This document shows positions 1-13,125 of a DNA stretch of 64,000 nucleotides, in pieces. The stretch is from positions 27,312,575 to 27,376,574 of the forward strand of contig NC_068987.1 in the NCBI RefSeq assembly GCF_001194135.2, read 5' to 3'. Made by a program: the position numbers and the translations under genes. The DNA comes from Octopus bimaculoides (Eukaryota). Positions within the stretch are counted from its first letter, which is position 1. The number at the start of each line of letters is the position of its first letter. The notes under the pieces are model-generated. The model saw only the letters and a program-made list of their open reading frames with translations, was not told where the DNA came from and searched no databases.

Positions 1-161
1 AGTTTTGGGGATGAGCATAGTGAAGAGTGGGGGTTGTTCACTATGAAAAGAAAGAACAAACAACATTATTTGGATTTATATAATTCTATTGTTTTAGATA
101 GCTCTTAAGACTAAGTATTTTGATTACATATATGGATATACATTTATTAGTATATGTCTAT

Positions 162-205
<44 letters not shown>

Positions 206-215
206 NNNNNNNNNN

Positions 216-255
<40 letters not shown>

Positions 256-576
256 ATGTGTGTGTGTGCGCGTGCGCGAGCGCATTCTTTTAAAATTGTC
301 TGAAGAATTCACGTGCAATTATTTGTTTTCTTTTGGAAGTTGTAAGTTTTCATTTAAAATTCATCATTGTTTCTTGCATTATCGTTCACTGGAATGCTGA
401 AATATTGAATTTTCTTGTAGATTTTGCATCTTGTCGCCTAATAATCTTTATTTAGATGCACACATACATATTAATAAATTGATAGATGACTTAATATACG
501 TTTGCCAATATTTGCTTGATTTGAAGTAATTTGTTCTTGTTTATTTTCATTTTCAACTTTTCTTTTTATATTTCAG

Positions 577-650
577 AACTTTTAAGGAAATGTGTCTATG
601 ATTATGATGCATTTGATTTACTTACCAACGGAAGCCTGCTAATAATTTGA
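577..650 (+). CDS. Candidate terminal coding exon, product unknown
   Basis: A ~40-nt polypyrimidine tract ends TTTCAG at 576. The phase-1 frame reads LLRKCVYDYDAFDLLTNGSLLII* (TGA 648-650), with AATAAA at 650-655. No homology recognised. Confidence 0.3.
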
Positions 651-897
651 ATAAAACCGATATTTAAATTCATTCAGTTTCGTGGTATTAATTCATAAAT
701 TATTAAAAAATTTGAATTTTCATATTTGATGGACTCATACAGACATGAGTTGAAGTGGAGTTGGGTACAAATGCATTCGTTCACACATAAATTGCACATT
801 CAGTTACTCATAACATTACTGCTTCAAGCACATAACATTACAACATACATACATATGTACAGACACTAACACACATACACAAACACACACAAACACG

Positions 898-933
<36 letters not shown>

Positions 934-2472
934 CAAAGAGAAATCTAAAAGTGGATGTATTAATATTTATGATACTATGCACATAGAAAAATATTTGTTT
1001 ACATTTGGTAATAGCTTGTATTCTAGTTTTACCCATGCACAAAAGATAAAATTCAAAGTTATGGGGTTTGAAAACGACTTAATATGTTCTTCACTAGTTA
1101 TTGACAAACTGAAAGAGAAATTTCAAATTGGTAGGTAAATTTGTTGCCCGCATACCACTAATTATTTTTTGATCTAGTCACTACCGTGCAAATTTAGAAC
1201 TGAAAAATTAAGTTGTTGGTGTTATTATAGTTGCCATGACTGCATCACATGCAGGTTGAGACAAAAGTATCATTGAGTGGTCCATTTTCTTTCTGAAAAA
1301 AATTTCAAATTTATTTCAAGATATGCCTTAATTGTAGTGGAATAAAATTTCCCAAACAGTCTGTTTAATTTTCAGTTGGCTTTCTTTTTCATATCGTAAT
1401 GTTTTTTTGCGCCTTCAGAAGAAAAACATTTCAGATGCATATGCTTAGCCTTTTCATAATCTAGTCAACGCCAGCACAACAGCTCTTAAAAGTATCGTTG
1501 TTAAGAACAAACATTTAATATTTCTATGAACCAAGTTTATGATTATAGCAAATGTTTCTATACATCAACTTCCAATTTCTCGAGATTTCACCAATGACAA
1601 TTGTTATCATAAATAAATCTAATGTCTTCAGCAGGGGCTCTCGCCATTTGATGCCAAAAAACATCTGTATCAAAAGCTATTCACTCTAGAGCCATGTTAT
1701 ATATAAAGCTTTAGTGTTGGTCGTTGCGTGTCCCACATTTCTGACAACCGCTCGTTTCTTGCGTGTATTTCAAATATAAACATTTTTCTGACGGGTGATT
1801 ACGAATGTTTTAATTGTATACGCTGTTGTCTCTTGTTAGGTTTGTGGTGGTCTTGATATGCTTCATCATTAGATTTTTTCGCAAGAAAATGCTATTTCAT
1901 TACCTTAGTTAACCAAGATTTCATGGAAAAATGTAGAGTGAGTGGTTCTAGGATTTATCTTGCACATACACTAATAATGTCAATTCTGTTGCGGTTGATT
2001 TAATTAGTTGATTTATTATGATGATTTTGAACATATTTTAGTCATCCGTCTGTTAAACTAAACCATGTCATGGGCTACTTTAACGTTATCTTTAACAAAG
2101 TATGTGTAGCTAGCACATTTATGACACATTTGCGGCTACATTAATTGGTGAAACCATTCGTAAACAGACTATAGCGGTAAGCTATTGTTTCCAACCAGAA
2201 TGTCTTCAATAGATTTTGACACTTCATATTCAGAAAATGGAACATAAAACGCAGCTGCTCCTTAGATCAATCGAAAAACCAAGTGGCCATGTTTAACGTA
2301 TTATCAAAAGCATAATTATTGATATTTCCGCTTCCAACCTGCATTGTAATGATTAAATAGACATCAGACTCTGTGATGTGCGCTTCTAATTTCCAGCAAT
2401 TAATAATAGTATAAGTTTAGTGTTGGTGTGAGGACTTGTGTATGCATATATATATATATATATATATATATT

Positions 2473-2625
2473 ATTTTACTCTTTTGCTGGTTTCAGTCAT
2501 TTGACTGCAGCCATGCTGGAGCACCGCCTTTAGTCGAGCAAATCGATCTCAAGACTTATTCTTTGTAAGTCAACTGGAACTATGTGATTGGGAAGCGAGC
2601 TTCTTATCACACGGCCACGCCTACG
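2473..2625 (-). mobile_element. Internally deleted copy of SINE family B
   Basis: The reverse complement of TTTCAGTCATTTGACTGCAGCCATGCTGGAGCACCGCCTTTAGTCGAGCAAAT...CTTATTCTTTGTAAG matches the 3' end of the 57016-57425 element. Confidence 0.75.
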
Positions 2626-5229
2626 CCTTATAATACAACTCGCATATATATACATATATATTGATATATGTGCATGCATACATACATAGACACATACGTA
2701 CAAAAATATATGTGTGTGTGTGCATGTATATAATTGTATCAATTTAATGCATTTTCTGAATGAGTTACTAATATTTTATAGTAATTTAAAAAGGCATATT
2801 TATAAAATACGGTATGTATGTAAACATTGCTCACAAAATGTATTTTAATGATAAGAAAGACCTCTATGAAGTCCTTGAAAAATTTAAGGTAGTTGACTCC
2901 TTTCTTCATGATGGTTTATTTAGAATATTCATCTGCTTCATCACTCTCATTCTCTTTAGCAGTCTCAGTAATGGAAGAGACAAAAATTTGAATCTTGTGA
3001 CATCTCAACAGGAGTAAAAGTTGTTCCGCCAAGTCCTTCCAGTCCCTTCTTAACCAAAATCTGGGGTCATACACTCCATGATCGTAACTGTCAAATTTTC
3101 ATTATTAAGGAATGATTGAATGTGCTTTTGATCTGCCACAGCTATATTCCTGCAGCAAAATGCTTGAAAATTTGATTGTTACATGTTTCTAGATCTACAT
3201 TTAAAGACCGTGATAATCTCCTGTATCTACGAAATATGTGTTACATATAATTTAATATAAATTCATGGATAGCTTAGGATTCCGAACTAAATTTTACAAC
3301 AACAATCAAATGCAATTAGATGAATACTAGTTTCAGAAAAATCATATTTACATATTTAATAGTTAGTTAATCTCATATTCAGATATCTTGTTCATAATAC
3401 AATGCTGAAAGAAACAGGAGTGCCTTTTTTCGCATCTTTTAAAACTGGATAAAATACAACGTTAAACACTACTTATGTACATGCTTGTAGAACACTGATA
3501 ACATAACGTAACCTTAGTAATACTTAAATCAATGATACTGTGCGTTTTGGAGTTATTCAGATTGTTATTAAGCAGTTTCAATACACGCAAACAACAAACG
3601 AGCAAACAAACAAATACACACAGGTATATACTTATGAATTACATATATGAATATTTCTTTAATTGTAATATATTTTTTTATTAGTGTGCAAGAAATGTTT
3701 AATGTAGTGTATCATTCGTGAATACTAAATTTGAAATTCTAGACGTGGTTATTTTTTTACATATTCTTTTTAAAATGCAAACACCTGTACATATATAAAG
3801 TACCCTTGCTTTATACAAACAGAAATTACTACAATGCAGATGAATATTTAAGTAGTTTTAATGTACATATTAATCACTAATTCTTTTTTAGGTATATTTT
3901 ATTACATGCAACAAAAAATATTTATTTAGTTTATATTTTCTCAGGAATTAACTGACTGTATTTTGCCTGATATCATTACAGAAAAAAAAAATGGTAATTC
4001 CAGTAACATATTTCCTATATTAGAGTACGGAATCGTTTTATTTTCTTAAATTCTAATCTATTTTCTGTCAATCTCATATCAAAAATGCATGCATTAGAAT
4101 ATTAAAATTGTAAATATGTCTCAGTTGCACAAAGCTTAATCCGGTAAATATTTACGCACGGATGTCTATAATATTTATTTTGACGTGTCTTTGTATATGC
4201 AGTCAGAAATACCAAGTCTTTAGGCTCAGAAATTGGTCAATGATCAAATAAACGGCCAGATACAGAGCATAATGAATCTGATAAAATTTACAACAGTTTA
4301 ACATATTTGAAGTATCAGCGAGACGCTTAGTAATCAGTATGACGCCACCCTTAGGTGATCACTAACCCGTGCAGTTTATCCAAACACGTGAAATTATATT
4401 ATATCAATTCTGGTTTCTTCTTGCAGGAAAATATCGCATTAAATACGTACAATTTTGCTACAGACAGGCTACATATGAAGTAATGTTTTGAATAGTTTCT
4501 TTTTTGAACAAGATATTTATCAATTTTGCATGCCTATATTCACACCTAAAACATTTCCAAATTTTTGGATACACGTACATGATTCAGTCGCTCCCAACTT
4601 AGATAATTTAGTTTCCGAGAGGTCGCATGTATATATGATCAAGAAAAAGATCTCTTGTACAGTTACTCACGCAAACAAATACGTATAATAAATTTATAAA
4701 GATGACCAACTTATTTCCAATACCGCCTCCACATTGTCGCTAATATGGTTTATGTCATGAATGAGTTACTGTAAAACAACGAAATCTTTAAATCAAATAT
4801 CAAATAATTCTTCATATTTGTATATTCATATATACAACAGGTGTTCAGTTTATAAAAGTTTCTCCACTTTTATGAGCTATAGATTTTGTGTTACAGAATT
4901 CAGACCGAAATATACAATACATTATTATTTCAAATAATCTTGTAAAACACCTTCTGTATGTTCATTACTACTAGAAAAAACAAACAAACAAACAAGAAAG
5001 GTTCTGAGAATTTTGGTTTCTCTTTTGAATGTATGTGCTTAAAGTATGCTCACAAATCCGATATCGTGTTACTAAAGCTGAATCATAACAAGTCGGAATA
5101 GAGATGTATTGAATACCACGTATGACTTGAAGGATGTCTTGATACCTCACAATATACAAAAACAAACAAACAGAAACAAAACAAAACATGTAACCATGAT
5201 TCATCTTTATTAATACCGCACTTTATGTG

Positions 5230-5480
5230 ATTCGTGTTGAGAGAGGGAACGTGTACTGTTCTTAGCAAGCACAATGATACGTGTGAAATTGATACAAATT
5301 GACGGTTTCGTAATGAAATATGCAGAGAGAGGAATTTCCAAATGGCTGATGTTCTGGGAGAAGATTAATTGGATGTAGTAGTTAGTGCGGGAACAAGGGG
5401 TGGTATGAACAATATGCGTTGCAAAAACATACGAGTACGTCAAGTGGGCATAGGCAGATATGGGTAGAAGCATTGCAGCT
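5230..5480 (-). mobile_element. Degraded 3' end of a CR1/L2-like LINE ORF2
   Basis: The minus strand reads RTNYY...(S)SPRTSAIWKFL across a frameshift. This resembles the RTxxYxxSFFPRTxxLWNxLP C-terminal motif of CR1-group ORF2. Confidence 0.45.
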
Positions 5481-7840
5481 ACAAGAAGCAAAGATAAGTT
5501 GGGAAAGGGAGGGAAAACAGTACGTCAGTAGTACAGAATTTAATCTCAGTTCTGGGCTGATCCCGTGTCAGTCATCAATATAGCTTTGCATAAGTGCTTC
5601 CTGCGATGTCCATTTGTGTCCTTCCAACACTGTCTTATAAATGGAAGCATTATACTATTGTGATTTACCCGTGAGCCTTGTAGAGGGTTAGCAACTACTG
5701 AGAGTTAAAGGCACATCTTTTCAGATGTAGTATTTTTGCGATGCTGTATCAATTTCAGATTAAATTAAACTAAGCGAAATCTATGTATAAGGCAGGTAGC
5801 AAGATTCTCCCCTTGGGAATAGCTTTATGCGTATATTCTCTTTTCATAATACAATAAATACATATTATATCCCAGAAATATCTATGGAACACATAGTATA
5901 TATATATCATTTTGCATATACAATACTTACAATTATATTTGGTAAATCTATAGTGAAATTTGCATTAGAAATAGCATATAAATCGAATTATTTAGTTTTG
6001 ACATGTATTGAAAGGAGTAATGTGAAGTCTATGGTACGCGTACTGTGAAAATTAAATTAGAATAAGCTTTTAAATTCATGTATTTGCTTCTGGCACAGAA
6101 TAGAACATATAAACGTATACTTTGCAATTTATATGGTATTAAATTTATGGTGCTAGTACTGGGAAATTTGGATCAGAAAATATATTTTAAGTTCGATATT
6201 TCGTTTTGGAATATAATAAAATACAGGAGAATTTGGCATTTATGCAGAACCAAGCGTGTGGTCATTTTTTAAATTCCATAAAGCTTTATAATTTCAGATC
6301 ATTATCAGGGCAGGTTATTTTTTTTTCTAGCTATTTTGACATGTAAGGAATAAATAAGAATACTGTCTGTTAACTTATTTCCTAGATTTTTCTGAATGTG
6401 AAGCAAGTATTTCACTAGATTTGAGGTTTAAATATCATATATATCATTCCTAAGTGGGGAATTTAACTCAATACAAGCTACTGAAATATTTGTCAAGTGT
6501 AATATCTCAATACAGAGTTAAGTCGTTACCTTAGTCAAATGCATCTTCGTTACAGATGCAATCAATCATCGTTGACAATGCAAGAATCATTCCCTTGTGT
6601 CTATATATTGACAGCTCTTATGATACCTAGAGGTGCCATACTAATGAATATACCGTCTGTTGCTGTCTAAACCCAGTTCATCAACCTCTTCTGATATTAG
6701 ATACTTGTGAAATACTAGGAAATCCTAAATTTATCTTACACATTTCAAATTCATATATCCAAGAAGGAAACCATTTATAATTCGACACATTAGTATTATA
6801 TGGATATAGATAACATTATTTGATATAAAAGGTCAACAGAAAGAAGTAAATAATATGAATTTCAATATTTTAGAAAAAAAATTCTTATTTTGCTGAAGAA
6901 ATATTTTTTTCATTTAATACAATAATCACTTCAAATCAACAAATGTTTCCTTCTTCAGTAAATGACATATTTCCGTAATGCCAATAGCATTTCTGGCACA
7001 ATGACAGATTTAATATAAACTGTCGTAAATTATTTTAATGTTAACATGAAATCTCCCACAAACTAGATGGATATAATTTGTATGCAGATAAATATGTAAA
7101 ATATTCAATGATATATTCTTTTTCAATATACCGCTAACCAACAGTGGCTACCACAAATTTACACTTTTTTAGTAGGTCACAGACTATTAATACGAAAATT
7201 TGACACTAACTGAAACATAGTTTTCCTCATAAGGTATTTGGTTTAAAAACGTGTGCATATTGTTTACTTCATGTTAAATGCCTTAAATCGCGGATACATT
7301 TCAGTTGTTATTACTGTTCTACTCATTCTACGTTAATCTAGTATTAATTTAATAGAGCTAAGGAGGTGGTCTCTATGCGCTCCTTTGACCCGCTAAAAAT
7401 AGCTAAATTCTCACGATTACACACTCCCACCAAAAGAAGGACATAATAACCAAAGGAATATAATTTTTTAAAAAAAGGAACGAATGTTAAAGAAACAAGC
7501 AAGCTTTCCACCATTAATATGAAGCTGCTCACTCAAGACTGACCTGTAATGAAACATCACCTATTAAATTTATGTTCAAATATATATTGGACAATCCACA
7601 AACAACTGGCAACATATTCGAGTCATGCTTTGGAGAAGTGTGATATTTATCCATAGAGCAAAACTATAGTGCTCTAATAAAGTCCTTTGCTTTATATATC
7701 AGGAACCAGCAGACATATTCATATTTATTTAAGAGTGGCGTATGATTTCGAAGGTAATTTGGCAACTATTTGTACATGGTCAAATGGCCATGTCGAAACT
7801 ACTTCATTGACACATGGTTATTATTGCGAAGTTGAAATTA

Positions 7841-8046
7841 CGAGGCTGTGTTGAAAAGGTCCTGGTTTTAAGTGTGTCACGAAAGGTTGGGCCTCCAGCC
7901 CAACCTTCTGAGTTCTTTTACAGAGCTGAAATACCTATCTATTAGGTGTGTGAATGTGAGAGTGGAATATTTTGAATAAAATCATAATTATTTGATCCTC
8001 CTGTATTTCCTTTACCCAAATCCAGGAACTTTTCAGCATAACTTTG
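7841..8046. mobile_element. Mariner-type MITE
   Basis: TA at 7839-7840 and 8047-8048. Imperfect terminal inverted repeats (TIRs) CGAGGCTGTGTTGAAAAGGTCCTGG / CCAGGAACTTTTCAGCATAACTTTG. Internal perfect 10-bp hairpin AAGGTTGGGC-ctcca-GCCCAACCTT at 7883-7907. Confidence 0.7.
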
Positions 8047-8291
8047 TAAATACTCGTAGCTAAGGCTTCATAGAGCTAGAGCGGAATTCGATAACCTTTA
8101 AACATAACACTGGAATCCATGCAAGAGACCAAACAAAATTTTCCATGAATATTCAAGCGCAATAATACTTTACTTTGACATGTATCCACTACGTTAATTA
8201 CAACGATCTTAATAGCCTAAGGTGGGCTGAAATGATTTTACTGCTAGGTGTTCTCCAACTGAAAAACACTTTCTAATAATAGCCACAATTT

Positions 8292-8723
8292 GAAGGTGGC
8301 GAGCTGGCAGAAACGTTAGCATGCCGGGCGAAATGTTTAGCAGTATTTCTTCTGCTGCTACATTCTGAGATCAAATTACGCCGAGGTCGACTTTGCCTTT
8401 CATCCTTTCGAGGTCGATTAAATAAGTACCAGTTACGCACTGGGGTCGATATAATCGACTTAATCCGTTTGTCTGTCCTTGTTTGTCCCCTCTGTGTATA
8501 GCCTCTTGTTGGCAGCAAAGAAATAAGAAACGTTAGCACGCCCGGCGAAATGCTTAGCGTTATATCGTCTGTCTTTACGTTCTGAGTTCAAATTCCGCCG
8601 AGGTTGACTTTACATCTCATTCTTTCGGAGTCGATAAAGCAAATACCAGTTGCGTACTTGGGTAGATATAATCGACTGGCTACCTCTCCCAAAATTTCGG
8701 GCCTTGTGCCTAGAGTAGAAAAG
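8292..8723 (+). mobile_element. Dimeric tRNA-derived SINE (family A) with 17-bp TSD
   Basis: Two tandem units (8294-8527 and ~8527-8723) with B-box-like GATCAAATT / GTTCAAATT and a shared GAGGT(C/T)GACTTT...CATC...GTCGAT core. AATAATAGCCACAATTT occurs at 8275-8291 and 8724-8740. Confidence 0.85.
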
Positions 8724-10850
8724 AATAATAGCCACAATTTTGTGGGTCAATGTCACAAACCTTAGTACGTGAATATTAACTTTTTCGAACTCAATCAAGA
8801 TGAAATGTAATGTTGACGCTGATGTAAATTAAGCATGGAGTGTATAGTGGCATAACAAAGAACCACTAACCATGTCGCCCAAACATAGCAAAGTATTTGC
8901 GAATCAAATGCTATCCAAAAACTAAATATACCAAAGCTAAAATCCTTGAGACATAGAAGTGGATTATCATTTATTTCTTGCATAAGATTAAATACAATTA
9001 CTGACAACTGGGGTAGTATTAATTTTATTGTAACTTGTACTTTTATAAAATGTACGACTGATAAGAGTCATATAACAAATATATTACGCAGAAGTGGTCT
9101 GAGGAATTTATTTGAAAGGAAATAATTCTACATGCAAATTTTAACATATAATTATATAAACGTTCCAATGTATGATTTCAGTTCATAAAATGTCAGTTTA
9201 TCTTGCAATGGAAATATTTTGATGAGAGATATTTTAAAATATTCTTCATCGTGTTGAAACAGCAAAGAATGTATAAGAATTTTATTAGTCTCATTAGCAG
9301 ATTATAAACTATCAAAAATATTGAAAGAAATTAATCAATTCTAATATACCTAAAAGGTAACCTCAAATCGAATGCAATCATTTGGATTTCATACTACTTA
9401 ATATCATCAATGAAAACATCAGCAGAAGAATGGAAAATAGCTATTGATATGAGAGGTTTTACTGCCTCAGATAATGAAGTTTTTGAAAGCAAAAACAAAA
9501 AGATCCTAAAATACAATACAGCTGTCTAATGTTTAATTCTGAGGAAGTTAGTTAAAAGTTATGAACAGAATATTCTTGCAATTAGGCACAGGAATTAAAT
9601 TAAGATCCCACAATCAAGTAATTGCCTCAGGCCTGTATTCTAATTCCTATTTACTGTTTAATAATAAATGACATTTTCATTGAATAAGGAAGAACGGTAA
9701 AGAAGTTATCAGAATGATGCCGTATTGTATACTTTTAGCAAAAAGGTTCTTAGAGAAAGAGAGACACAAACCACAATAACAATGAGAAAAAAGTCGACAC
9801 ATAAGGTGTTAGAATGAAGTGATAATAATTGTACGACTATTGATTAAAACTATCGATTTCATAAGTAACAAAACAAGCACTTAGAGTATGACAGAATTAT
9901 TGGGAAAATATTGATAATTCTAGATACAATTAAAATTGAGTATGTGTCGATTTCTCCGTTATAATAACATAACATTTTTAAATAGAAATATCCCATTCAC
10001 TTCAGTCAGTTAAACTGAAAATGAAGAACACTGAAATCAGTAACCTTCTCAAAAAGAAGAGAAAATCAATGTTTGAGCATCTTGGCTCAGGTATAGAGTT
10101 ACTTGTCTTCAACATTTACCGAAGACTTCAGCTAGACATATCGATCATATTATATTTACGGCTTATATTCACGAAGGAATGTATTTATGGAGAGAATTGT
10201 ATATGTAAAATGAAGAAAACTCAGATGTCTTTTTGAAAATGAATCTGCTACAGCTTTTTATAACAATGTATGTTAGTTGTACATTTAAATTATGACATAT
10301 TGTTATTGAAATCATCATTTCATTAAATGTCCCAAGAAAGCAAATTTTGAAGATAATTATAGCGAGCGAGAAATTATAATTTCTCTCATCCAATCATCTA
10401 GTTATTGATTAAAATGTTTGCTATATAATCTGCTCGGACAAAGTATATCGTGAGTAAATTCTTTAAAATAATTACTTACTACATTACACCCAAAATAGAA
10501 TATATTTGATGGGAAAGTAATATAGAAGTTAGAGTTATACATCATATGTTGTATGTGGACATTATGATAATCACGGGCATACACAAAAAAACTTTAGCGA
10601 CTGGGAGGGATATATGTGTTCATATGTTGATCGACACAGATTGCTTATATATATTTTTGAAATTCGGAAGACCTTTCCATCTTTTACCCCAGGAACTTCC
10701 ATTCGAATTTATATGATATATATATATATATAATTTTACTTGTTTCAGTCATATTATTGAAATATACATATGTGTATTTGAAGTTACATTTCGGACTCTG
10801 TTCATTATCAGTTTATGCGTTAATCAGCATTCACTATAAACTCCTATTAG

Positions 10851-11293
10851 GGCGGCGTGCCGCCAGAACTGTTGTACGCCGGGTAAAATACTTAGCGGCA
10901 TTTCGTCCGTCTTCAAGTTTTGGTTTCAAATTCTGCCTTGTTCGATTTTCCGTTTCTTCCTTTTGAGATCGTTAAGATTAATACTAAATGATGAATGGTT
11001 GCGAAGTAATTGAGTTCCCTTCTCCCCGGAATTGCTGGTGCTGTGCCAAAAGCTGAAACTAATATACCCTCATATAAAGACAGTATCGTTAGCACACCGA
11101 GCAAAATGCTTAGCGTCATTTCGTTTGTCATTTTCTCCGTCTTTGTGCCGTGAGTTCAAATTCCGGCGCGGTCGAACTTGCCTTTCACTCTTCCGAGGTC
11201 AATAAATAAGTACGAGTTAAGAATTGTGGGTTGATGTAAGCAACTTACCTCTTTCCTACGCTTTCTGGCCTTGCACCAAAATTTGAAACCGAC
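10851..11293 (+). mobile_element. Older tandem pair of family A SINEs
   Basis: Two diverged units (10851-11065 and 11085-11293). Possible decayed TSD ATAAACTCCTATT (10836-10848) / ATACACTCTTATG (11294-11306). Confidence 0.7.
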
Positions 11294-12090
11294 ATACACT
11301 CTTATGTACACTTATATATTATTACTTACACGTAAACGCACGCAAGCGAGCACACACTCTATCATACGCACCAATCCAATCACGCCTACATACACATGTG
11401 TGAATGTTAGTTAACTTTGGATTAGATTGTGAATCAAATAAAGGAGATAGACTTCTAGATATTTCCAAAAAAGTCTTTAAAAATGCATCCTCTTTTGATT
11501 TATTTACTGATTCTACAAAGAAAATGCCAAGCTTATAGCAGCAATGCTTTTAGATAATATTTTGACATTCCTTCTTAAACATAAGGTCAAAATTATTTGA
11601 GGATAAGATGATTGAAAAGTTTTCTGGGACTTGTCACCAGTGGTTTTGAATTAATATAGCGAATCCAATTCAATCTTATATTCGTAACTTGATTTTATTT
11701 TCACACTTGATTTCAGCGCTGCATATCTATTGGGTTAAACGGAAGCTTTACAGTTCTGGTTCAGTAGATATACCACATTACTCTGAATTTGATAAAATTA
11801 GTAAATGACATATCCAAGTATTGTAATTAATTTAATTGAGGAGAACAGTGACTATATTTGCTTTAGTTCGATTTAATCATCAACTAAAATCTTCCGAGAC
11901 TTAGTTTTTGTTGTTGAAATGAGTGGAACAAACGCGGAAATGAAACTACGTCTAGTATAGACTGAACACTGCCTATTGTTAGAATTCTGTAAAAGGAGAC
12001 GCATGTGTAGCTGTAGGATTGAATCAGCTGGGTGTATAGCATTGATAAATAAGATTTATCACTAAGAAAAATGACTTAAGGTTTTTACGC

Positions 12091-12125
<35 letters not shown>

Positions 12126-12950
12126 TNNNNNNNNNNNNNNNNNNNNNNNNNNNNNNNNNNNNNNNNNNNNNNNNNNNNNNNNNNNNNNNNNNNNNNNNNN
12201 NNNNNNNNNNNNNNNNNNNNNNNNNNNNNNNNNNNNNNNNNNNNNNNNNNNNNNNNNNNNNNNNNNNNNNNNNNNNNNNNNNNNNNNNNNNNNNNNNNNN
12301 NNNNNNNNNNNNNNNNNNNNNNNNNNNNNNNNNNNNNNNNNNNNNNNNNNNNNNNNNNNNNNNNNNNNNNNNNNNNNNNNNNNNNNNNNNNNNNNNNNNN
12401 NNNNNNNNNNNNNNNNNNNNNNNNNNNNNNNNNNNNNNNNNNNNNNNNNNNNNNNNNNNNNNNNNNNNNNNNNNNNNNNNNNNNNNNNNNNNNNNNNNNN
12501 NNNNNNNNNNNNNNNNNNNNNNNNNNNNNNNNNNNNNNNNNNNNNNNNNNNNNNNNNNNNNNNNNNNNNNNNNNNNNNNNNNNNNNNNNNNNNNNNNNNN
12601 NNNNNNNNNNNNNNNNNNNNNNNNNNNNNNNNNNNNNNNNNNNNNNNNNNNNNNNNNNNNNNNNNNNNNNNNNNNNNNNNNNNNNNNNNNNNNNNNNNNN
12701 NNNNNNNNNNNNNNNNNNNNNNNNNNNNNNNNNNNNNNNNNNNNNNNNNNNNNNNNNNNNNNNNNNNNNNNNNNNNNNNNNNNNNNNNNNNNNNNNNNNN
12801 NNNNNNNNNNNNNNNNNNNNNNNNNNNNNNNNNNNNNNNNNNNNNNNNNNNNNNNNNNNNNNNNNNNNNNNNNNNNNNNNNNNNNNNNNNNNGCGGAAAT
12901 AGATTTTCTGCAAGCTTGCCAAAATTGTGGAGTACAGGAACCCCTCACCA

Positions 12951-12991
<41 letters not shown>

Positions 12992-13045
12992 GTATTAGTA
13001 GTAGTAGTAGTAGTAGTAGTTGTAGTAGTAGTAGTAGTAGTAGTT

Positions 13046-13100
<55 letters not shown>

Positions 13101-13125
13101 CTGTAGTTATAGTAGTAGTAGTAGT
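12951..13125. repeat. (TAG)n microsatellite
   Basis: Long interrupted TAG array, which is the source of the poly-Ser ORF 12916-13140. Confidence 0.95.

Noticed and set aside
1440-2400. Minus-strand fragments suggestive of a DNA transposase with a Cys-rich end (KCLY...CQKCG)
   Set aside because: Too many stops, and no catalytic motif or TIR was recognised, so no family can be assigned.
5210-5491. 93-aa minus ORF, and a Cys-rich frame (CNASTHICLCP) after a good acceptor, as a host exon
   Set aside because: Better explained as a decayed CR1-like LINE 3' end (PRTSAIW motif).
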